Source of the DNA: an uncultured bacterium
GTDB taxonomy: Bacteria > Auribacterota > JACPWU01
NCBI GenBank assembly: GCA_964640155.1
Contig: CAZXEQ010000002.1
Coordinates: 450,001-482,000 of the forward strand
Length of the DNA stretch: 32,000 nucleotides
Reading direction: 5' to 3'
The translations under genes and the position numbers were made by a program. Of the stretch, positions 25,460 to 32,000 are shown piece after piece (position 1 is the stretch's first letter; each line of letters opens with the position of its first letter). The notes under the pieces were generated by a model. That model was not told the DNA's origin and made no database searches. It was given only the letters and a program-made list of their open reading frames with translations.

Positions 25460-28400
25460 ATGAAACGATTGAGCGCTATTTCTGTCTTCAAATCTTTTTT
25501 AATAGGAATATTTGTCTTCACTCAAGTTTATGCGGACAATTCTCCAAATACCTCCAGCGCGGCTCGAGTTAGAAATCCAAGAATTTCTTCTTCTCAAATT
25601 TCTCCTGTTTTTGCAAAGCTAGATTCAGAAGCATTGATTCTTAGAAAAATAGGAACTGAAAATATATTGGCCAAAGGAAGTTTGGCTCAAATGGGAAACA
25701 AAATGGTGGTGGTAGGTAAAAATAAAACCATGAGTTTGTCGAGTGTGGTTCAAAAAACTTTTATAGAACAAGATACCCTTCAAAATGAACTCCGAAGTGT
25801 GGGCGTTTCAAGTCAGGCTTTAATACAACCTCCTGAAATGACAAGTGAAGTTTTTGAATTTCAAAATTCTTTTGTGGTTGTAAAAAGTACGAGCTTTGTT
25901 GTTTCTAAGCCTCAACAATTGGCTCAGAATTCAAATATTTTTAAAAAATATAAGGGAAAACGTAAAGGAAGTCAGCCGGTCAATGTTGCTTCTTTAGATC
26001 GTGAGAAATTAAAAGGGTTTCGATCCTTTATGCAAAATGAGCTGAGGCAACTTCCTGATAATGATCCTTTGAAAGTGGCAGCAGCTCAAGGCGAAGATGC
26101 TGTTCTCCAAGCAGTAGCAGAAGGTAAGGGTAAATATGAAGTCATTGATACGTTATTTGTTCCAAAGGCGGTTTTACCAGAAGTCAATGGACGGGTTCAA
26201 TTGCCTTTTCCAACCAAACATTTGCAATCCATGGATTCTGAAAATTTGGATCAAGGGGTAGAAGAACGTGTAGTGGTTGAAAAGCCTAGCATGCATGAAA
26301 GTGGTAAAGCTACTTTTCATACTGAATTTATGTCGGGGTTTACCAAGGGGAATTCATGGGAATGGGAACGTCGTTGGAATTTTCCTTCTGGTTTTTTTCG
26401 CATTACTTTAGGAGCAAGCTATGGTTTGGGTTTGAGAATTCCCATTGATTTAAAAGGAGAGGTTTCTCCCACTGAAATTTTGACAAAAGATGTAGAAGAT
26501 AAACCTCGAAATGTGAATACAAAAATGGAAGTTGATACTTTAGATGCAGGTGCAGATTTTTATCGACGTGTGGGACTTCCTCAAAGTAAGATTTTTGAAG
26601 GGAAAGAAGCTGTATTTGAAGCCAAGTTTGGCTATGGCTATAAACTTCGTGCGCTTTGGGATGATTTGCTTCATCATCCTTTTTCTTATATAGGCATTGA
26701 TGAAAGCCAACATTTTAAACCTCCCATGGGACGGGGCCATGATGGGCCTATTATTCCGATTCCTGCGGAAGCAACACAAACAAAATTTGAGGGTGGAATT
26801 TTAAATGGATTTGCACAAATTGGAATTAGAATTACAGGAAAAGGGACTGTGTTATTAGATTTTCAACCTTTTCTGGGGGCTAAAGAGTTAAAGAAAGAGG
26901 AGATTAAATTTCCTAATACAAGTTCTCAGACTCAAGAAAATGAGCGCCCTAATGCAAATTCCCAGACTAAAAAAAGTGAACTTCCTGCCATTTCTGGAAA
27001 TGGAGACAAATTGGAAAAACCTTTTGGTTTCACGCTCGGTAATCCACGATATAAAATTGATTTGACGCTTGTTCCTGTTGTGCGCTTGGAGGCTACGGTT
27101 GGCGTGGATTGGTTAAGCAGACATTTTAGTACTGGATGGATTGATTTGAATGCTTTAAGCGTAGATATTGGGAGTGTTTCCTTCAGTCGTCATAGTGGGA
27201 CGCGCAAAAATTATAAATTTTCGCAAGGGAAAAAGAAGTTTGAGAAAATTGGTAGTAACTATGCTGAAAATATTAAAGATGGAGATATTGTTGGAATCCA
27301 GTCTGTTCCCAGTGGGAAATTTGTACGTGGAGGGCTTCCAAATGCAGTTGAATGTGGTCTTGGCGCAACCAGTCCACATTGTCATCTTTGGGAGGCCTTT
27401 AAATTTCATGATTTAGGTGGGGGAAAAGTGGCACTTCAATTGATTAAAAATGCGCAATATATTCGTGCAGGTTTGGGTGAAAAAAAGTTTCTTGCTGCGA
27501 TTAGCCCTCATAAACAAAGTTGGGAAACTTTTAAAATGGTGAAGTTGGGAGATGGAAAGGTCACATTTCAAGCTATTAACAGTGGAAAATATGTTCGTGT
27601 CAATTCAGCTGAAGGAGATCGTTTGACTTCAGATAGTGCTAGAGCGGGCGCTTCTGAAACTTTTAGATTTTGGCCAGCTTGGGAAGTGGTGAATGAACTT
27701 CCTGTGACTGCTAAGAAAGATATAGTAGGAATTGAATGTGTTAAAAACGGTAAATATATTCGAGCTGGTATGGATGAAAAATCTCGACTTGCTGCAGTGA
27801 GTCCACACCTTCAAGTCTGGGAAGCATTTAGAGTCAAAGATCTAGGAGATCGAAAAATCGCTTTGCAATCTGTGAAGAGTAACAAGTATGTGAGTATCTC
27901 TTATAATATTCCTCGTATGGATGTGATGGCTCTTAGTTCCGATATTGGACCTGAAGAGACGTTTAAGAAAGTAGATTTGCGTGATCATGGGAAAGTGGCT
28001 CTTCATTCTGGGGTTTTGGGAAAATATATTCGTGCAGGAATGGGGCAGAATTGTTTTTTAGGAGCAGGTAGTACTTCTCCCGGAGAATGGGAGGAATTTC
28101 GTTTTCATAGAGTGCCTCAGACAGAAACAACAGCTCGTTCTCAGTGGCAGAGTCAGCCCCGTCGTGAGAATGCTCAAGAAGAAACTGATGAAGAATCTAG
28201 GATACAAGATCAACCAGAAGAATCAGCCTCTGAAGAAAATGCAAGTCAGGATGCTTCCGAGAATAAGGAACAAGCTCCTTCTCGTGCCCAAAGTGCAAAT
28301 GACAATGCTTCTTCAGAAAATTCTGCAGGAAATAATCCCATCGATTGGAATTCAATCTCACAAGGGATATCAGGATTAACCCCAAATAGAGGAAATACAC

Positions 28401-28855
28401 AAGCTTCTGATGAGGATTCTGATTCTACTTCGGGGCAGACTTCAAATCCTTCTTTGAAACCACCCAAAAAGCCAGGTATATCTTCAGGGAATAAGCCGAG
28501 CACAGGAAATAATTTCCCTGATATCAATCCTAATTGGAAACCATCTCCTTCAACGGGGAGGAAACCGGGGTCGAGTAAACCTCCTATTGTTTTAAAACCA
28601 GGGAAGGTGAATACAAAACCAAATGTTTCTTATCCTGTTACCAAAAAACCTGCTACAACAAAACCCCCCATAACATTAAAACCTTCAAAAACGCTTAATA
28701 ATAAAAACATGAATTGGGGAAATTTTAAATCGAATAAGGCAACGGGATCTTCTTCTCAAATGAATCAGACCAGATTATCTTCTAAAAAAAGTGCAGCAAC
28801 TCAAGGATCAAATTTTACATTGTTAAATGCAAGGTCATCAAATTCGCAGTCATAA
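25460..28855 (+). CDS. Large secreted multidomain protein: beta-rich N-terminal region, two fascin-like beta-trefoil domains, and an S/N/P/K/T-rich disordered tail
   Basis: 1131-aa ORF with GGGAGG upstream and signal peptide MKRLSAISVFKSFLIGIFVFTQVYA. Six ~45-aa subrepeats of the type GKYIRAG...L.A.SP....WE.F.....GD.K.ALQS fall roughly at nt 27278-28115. The C-terminal ~250 aa are low complexity, with KPPIVLKPGK/KPPITLKPSK repeats. Confidence 0.85.
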   Translation: MKRLSAISVFKSFLIGIFVFTQVYADNSPNTSSAARVRNPRISSSQISPVFAKLDSEALILRKIGTENILAKGSLAQMGNKMVVVGKNKTMSLSSVVQKTFIEQDTLQNELRSVGVSSQALIQPPEMTSEVFEFQNSFVVVKSTSFVVSKPQQLAQNSNIFKKYKGKRKGSQPVNVASLDREKLKGFRSFMQNELRQLPDNDPLKVAAAQGEDAVLQAVAEGKGKYEVIDTLFVPKAVLPEVNGRVQLPFPTKHLQSMDSENLDQGVEERVVVEKPSMHESGKATFHTEFMSGFTKGNSWEWERRWNFPSGFFRITLGASYGLGLRIPIDLKGEVSPTEILTKDVEDKPRNVNTKMEVDTLDAGADFYRRVGLPQSKIFEGKEAVFEAKFGYGYKLRALWDDLLHHPFSYIGIDESQHFKPPMGRGHDGPIIPIPAEATQTKFEGGILNGFAQIGIRITGKGTVLLDFQPFLGAKELKKEEIKFPNTSSQTQENERPNANSQTKKSELPAISGNGDKLEKPFGFTLGNPRYKIDLTLVPVVRLEATVGVDWLSRHFSTGWIDLNALSVDIGSVSFSRHSGTRKNYKFSQGKKKFEKIGSNYAENIKDGDIVGIQSVPSGKFVRGGLPNAVECGLGATSPHCHLWEAFKFHDLGGGKVALQLIKNAQYIRAGLGEKKFLAAISPHKQSWETFKMVKLGDGKVTFQAINSGKYVRVNSAEGDRLTSDSARAGASETFRFWPAWEVVNELPVTAKKDIVGIECVKNGKYIRAGMDEKSRLAAVSPHLQVWEAFRVKDLGDRKIALQSVKSNKYVSISYNIPRMDVMALSSDIGPEETFKKVDLRDHGKVALHSGVLGKYIRAGMGQNCFLGAGSTSPGEWEEFRFHRVPQTETTARSQWQSQPRRENAQEETDEESRIQDQPEESASEENASQDASENKEQAPSRAQSANDNASSENSAGNNPIDWNSISQGISGLTPNRGNTQASDEDSDSTSGQTSNPSLKPPKKPGISSGNKPSTGNNFPDINPNWKPSPSTGRKPGSSKPPIVLKPGKVNTKPNVSYPVTKKPATTKPPITLKPSKTLNNKNMNWGNFKSNKATGSSSQMNQTRLSSKKSAATQGSNFTLLNARSSNSQS

Positions 28856-28864
28856 AGCTAAAAG

Positions 28865-29001
28865 AAGAAGGATTTATTTTTAGGACCGTTGATGAGGCTT
28901 GTGCTCATGGTCCCCGATATTCATCGGGGAAACAAGCCGAATCACCGAGCGAAGTTCCATCGGTGGGGGAACTGAGCGTGTCCGAAAAATAAATCCTTCT
29001 T
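28865..29001 (+). repeat. Family-2 structured element, copy D (fills the gap between convergent genes)
   Basis: 22-bp closing helix AAGAAGGATTTATTTTTAGGAC / GTCCGAAAAATAAATCCTTCTT around a GC-rich core homologous to copy C. Confidence 0.7.
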
Positions 29002-29005
29002 GCTA

Positions 29006-29761
29006 TTACTTCTCTTTGACAGAGCTAAATAATTTCTTTCCTACAAAAAAGGGCCCCATCGACTCTATATATTTAGCTGTTTGCTGGGTTTTTCTCATTT
29101 CTTGAATGAGTTTAGAAAGAGGATAGAGTTCTTGTCCCATTAAACCAATGACAAATTCATTGTTGCTTATATCAAGGCCATGGCAGACCAGTCGAACATC
29201 ATGTGCAAAATCAGCCGCTCCAAAATTCATACCGATTTTGGCATGTTCCATTAGAATTCCCCGTTGTTCATCTTTTGAAAGAAGTTCAAATTCTGCTTTT
29301 CTTTTGAGAGGATACCAGATTGCCCAAGATGAGGACAGATTAGAGAGATTACGTCGAGGTTTCCATAAGAGCCAATCTTCTAAATTCTGTTCATGTCCAC
29401 TGGAATAAGTTCGTCCAAACATGGTGAATTCTGGACGAGCCTCAAGATTGATAAAGGGTTCAGATAAGAGTAAAGCTCTAAGCTCTTCGGCAAATAGAGC
29501 CGGGTTTTCACTTACAGTCACAAGCCCTATTCCTCGTGCATCATTGACATCAGAATAAAGCACACATTCAAAAGCAGCTTTTTTTAGGGTTTCGATAACT
29601 TCTTGTGTTTGAAGACATTCTGTAAAAGCTAAAAACTGAATAAAAAGTCTCTGATTTAAAGTCTGAGGAACGCCATCTTTAGCAGCTCCGAATTCACGTA
29701 TTTCTGGCAGCTCCATAGGAGGCCTGGATGTAGGATGAGAATGTGTTTTTGTTTCACTCAT
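29006..29761 (-). CDS. Chlorite dismutase family (Cld/HemQ-like) haem-binding protein
   Basis: 251-aa ORF with WYPLKRK, ILMEHAKIG (candidate proximal His), HGLD...EFVIGL and GPFFVGKKL, the characteristic pattern of this family. Confidence 0.75.
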   Translation of the reverse strand: MSETKTHSHPTSRPPMELPEIREFGAAKDGVPQTLNQRLFIQFLAFTECLQTQEVIETLKKAAFECVLYSDVNDARGIGLVTVSENPALFAEELRALLLSEPFINLEARPEFTMFGRTYSSGHEQNLEDWLLWKPRRNLSNLSSSWAIWYPLKRKAEFELLSKDEQRGILMEHAKIGMNFGAADFAHDVRLVCHGLDISNNEFVIGLMGQELYPLSKLIQEMRKTQQTAKYIESMGPFFVGKKLFSSVKEK

Positions 29762-29842
29762 AATGGAGGAAATTTATCACTCTTAAGATTGAAATACAAT
29801 GAATATTGATCATCTTTGAAAAGGGAATGAGAAACAAATTTT

Positions 29843-31072
29843 TTAACGAAAGAATCTTTTTCTTCCACCGCCACCGCGGCGTTTGTGACTTGAGAAAACA
29901 ACTTTTGCAGTTGTCTCTTCGAAGCGTTCTGGAGGCATTTCAGGGTGTTCAGAAATGGGAAGAGCTGTTCTCATTACTTTTTCGATGTCTTTTACTTCTC
30001 TTTTTTGATCCGGAGTTGCAAATGAAATAGCATGCCCGGGTTTCCCCGCGCGGCCTGTTCGTCCAATGCGATGTACATAATTTTCAGAATCATCAGGCAA
30101 GTCATAATTAACGACGACTTCAATCCCTGAAACATCAATTCCTCGAGCTGCAATATCGGTCGCTACGAGAATGCGATATTTGCCAGAACGAAATCCTTCT
30201 AAAGCTTCTCGCCTTTGTGAAAGAGATCGATCTGAATGGATTTCGTTTACACGATGTCCCAATTGTCTGATAAATCTTGAAATTTTTTGAGCTCCGATTT
30301 TGGTTCTTACAAAAAGTAATACGGTCCCAGAATATTGAGTTAAAATTTTTTCGAGAATGGTTTTTTTTGCATCTTTGCTTACAACAAATAATTCTTGCGT
30401 CACTCGATCAGCGATCATCCCTGATTTTGCAATTTCTACAGGAATGGGCAATTTCATATGACTTGCAGCCAAGGTCATCACTTGAGGGGGCATCGTTGCA
30501 GAAAAGAAAAGGGTTTGACGATCGCGTGGCATAGCGCGAAGAATGACTTGGATTTGTGGAGCAAAACCCATGTCGAGCATACGATCCGCTTCATCCAAAA
30601 CCAATATAGAAACATCTTTAAGTGACACATATCCTTGCTGCATATGGTCAATCAAGCGTCCCGGGGTTGCCAGAAGAATAGAAGGGTGTTGACGAAGAGA
30701 CTGGATTTGCTCATGCATGGATGCGCCTCCAATCAAAACAGCCATCTTTATTTTTGGATTTAGAGAATGAAGACTTTTATAAATTTGAAGTGCCAACTCT
30801 CTTGTGGGAACAAGGGCTAGACCACGACCTCCCTTTTGAGCAAGGCGTTGCATCATAGGAATACCAAATGCAAAAGTTTTCCCAGTTCCCGTTTGAGCAA
30901 TGCCAATGACATCTTTGCCTTCAAGTGCCAAGGGAATCGCTTTTTGTTGAATAGGCGTAGGGGTGTGAAACTTCATCTTTTCTAAAGCATCAAGAAATTG
31001 AGGTGCAATCCCTAAACCGTAAAACCCATTGTTGGGGGGTGTTAGCTGTGTCATGTACATCCAATATAACAT
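29843..31072 (-). CDS. DEAD-box ATP-dependent RNA helicase (RhlE-like)
   Basis: 409-aa ORF with a Q-motif region (FHTPTPIQ), AQTGTGKT, DEAD, SAT, HRIGRTGRAG and an Arg/Gly-rich tail. The start could instead be ATG at 31054. Confidence 0.9.
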   Translation of the reverse strand: MLYWMYMTQLTPPNNGFYGLGIAPQFLDALEKMKFHTPTPIQQKAIPLALEGKDVIGIAQTGTGKTFAFGIPMMQRLAQKGGRGLALVPTRELALQIYKSLHSLNPKIKMAVLIGGASMHEQIQSLRQHPSILLATPGRLIDHMQQGYVSLKDVSILVLDEADRMLDMGFAPQIQVILRAMPRDRQTLFFSATMPPQVMTLAASHMKLPIPVEIAKSGMIADRVTQELFVVSKDAKKTILEKILTQYSGTVLLFVRTKIGAQKISRFIRQLGHRVNEIHSDRSLSQRREALEGFRSGKYRILVATDIAARGIDVSGIEVVVNYDLPDDSENYVHRIGRTGRAGKPGHAISFATPDQKREVKDIEKVMRTALPISEHPEMPPERFEETTAKVVFSSHKRRGGGGRKRFFR

Positions 31073-31243
31073 GAGTTAATTTAAAAAGCGAATTAATCTT
31101 AAAATTTGATTTTGTAGGTCTTTGTTTAAGTTTGAGAAAGAACTTTCAGATTTCGGATTAAACTGATAGTGTAATGAACGATTTGTATGGTTTTGAATCG
31201 TTTAGATGCTGCCCACTTTTAAAAATTACATACTCTCTATCAT

Positions 31244-31972
31244 ATGACAATTTTTTTTGGTTTTGCTGCTTTTCTCTCAATATTTTTGGGTGGATTGCTG
31301 GCTTTAAAATTTCGAGATAAACTCCATTTGTTTATAGGGTTCAGTGCTGGGGCGGTGATAGGTCTTGTTTTTTTTGATTTATTACCAGAGGCTATCGAAC
31401 TGGGAAGTCCGTTTTATCCTATATCCTTTCTTACTCTGATGAGCAGCATTGGCTTTATCGTATACATGTTTTTAGATCGCATGGCCCTTTTGCATTCTCA
31501 TGTAGACGAGGTATGCCAAAATCCAGGACATGGACGTGTGAGGGGTTTTCTTGGCGCAGGAAGTTTATCCTTTCATAGCCTTTTAGACGGGATGGCGATT
31601 GGTTTGGCCTTTCATGTATCTACAAATGTTGGGATTGTGGTTACGGCTGCAATTGTTGTTCATGGTTTTTCAGATGGTATTAATACGGTCAGCATTATTT
31701 TAAAAAATGGAGGAGAAAAACGTTTGGCGTTTCGCTGGCTTTTGACAGATGCCGTTGCCCCTATCTTAGGTGTTCTGACAACGTTTTTTTTTACAATACC
31801 AGAAAAGTTTTTAGGATTAATGTTGGCGATTCTTTCTGGATTTTTTCTTTATATTGGGGCCAGTGATCTTTTGCCTGAAAGTCATCATGCTCATCCTACC
31901 AAATGGACAACATTTGCCACTCTTTTAGGGATTGTGGTCATTTATGTTGTTGTGTGGATTGCAGGTGTATAG
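31244..31972 (+). CDS. ZIP-family divalent metal (zinc) transporter
   Basis: 242-aa polytopic ORF with a His-rich loop (HSHVDEVCQNPGHG), the HSLLDGMAIG and HGFSDGI motifs, and LPESHHAH. Confidence 0.85.
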   Translation: MTIFFGFAAFLSIFLGGLLALKFRDKLHLFIGFSAGAVIGLVFFDLLPEAIELGSPFYPISFLTLMSSIGFIVYMFLDRMALLHSHVDEVCQNPGHGRVRGFLGAGSLSFHSLLDGMAIGLAFHVSTNVGIVVTAAIVVHGFSDGINTVSIILKNGGEKRLAFRWLLTDAVAPILGVLTTFFFTIPEKFLGLMLAILSGFFLYIGASDLLPESHHAHPTKWTTFATLLGIVVIYVVVWIAGV

Positions 31973-32000
31973 GTTGTTCTTTAGCTTTTCTCAGAAAATT

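Noticed and set aside
28899-29105. 68-aa plus-strand ORF spanning repeat copy D and the 3' end of the Cld-like gene.
   Set aside because: It starts inside the structured repeat and runs antisense into a well-supported CDS. It has no SD and a composition dictated by the repeat.
1-32000. Search for a defence island, prophage, integrative element or toxin-antitoxin pair across the whole window.
   Set aside because: I found no integrase, transposase, recombinase, phage structural gene, restriction/modification gene, nuclease-NTPase pair, or tRNA/att-like boundary. Gene content and tight operon organisation look like core chromosome. The only mobile-looking material is the set of non-coding repeats.

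Overview
AT-rich (high-30s %GC by eye) bacterial chromosomal window, densely coding on both strands with about 30 CDS. The phylum cannot be assigned from this sequence alone. Most content is housekeeping or metabolic. In order: a partial REC/GGDEF-like response regulator, an RlmI-like rRNA methyltransferase, a YqeY/GatB-like protein, an ornithine-cyclodeaminase/archaeal-type alanine-dehydrogenase family enzyme and an SDR epimerase. Next is a four-gene overlapping operon (secreted TPR protein, B12-binding subunit, MeaB-like GTPase, acyl-CoA mutase catalytic subunit). Then TrmB, a GH35-like beta-galactosidase, a seven-repeat FG-GAP secreted protein, an Hsp20 with a signal peptide, an alkaline-phosphatase-superfamily metalloenzyme, a cold-shock protein, GTP-dependent PEPCK, a DsbA-like/DoxX-MauE-like pair, thiG-thiH-thiS and PlsC. 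The window ends with a 1131-aa secreted protein carrying two fascin-like beta-trefoils, a chlorite-dismutase-family protein, a DEAD-box helicase and a ZIP transporter. I saw no rRNA, tRNA, CRISPR array, transposase, integrase, or recognisable defence or toxin-antitoxin genes, so I cannot support a novel multi-gene protein system here. The least explained signal is non-coding: four intergenic loci carry GC-rich, strongly self-complementary ~135-140-nt elements of two related families. These are 611-745 and 5127-5266 (family 1) and 24243-24381 and 28865-29001 (family 2). A ~400-nt composite at 24019-24444 folds on paper into a nested multi-helix architecture with strand-biased G-U pairs. Secondary points: the mutase carries the Phe/Gln (isobutyryl-CoA-mutase-type) signature rather than the Tyr/Arg of methylmalonyl-CoA mutase, and its genes follow the IcmF domain order unfused. 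The csp leader contains a terminator-like attenuator, the Hsp20 looks exported, one gene looks leaderless, and the thi operon has no visible TPP riboswitch. All functional calls rest on motif recognition by eye; no database search was possible.
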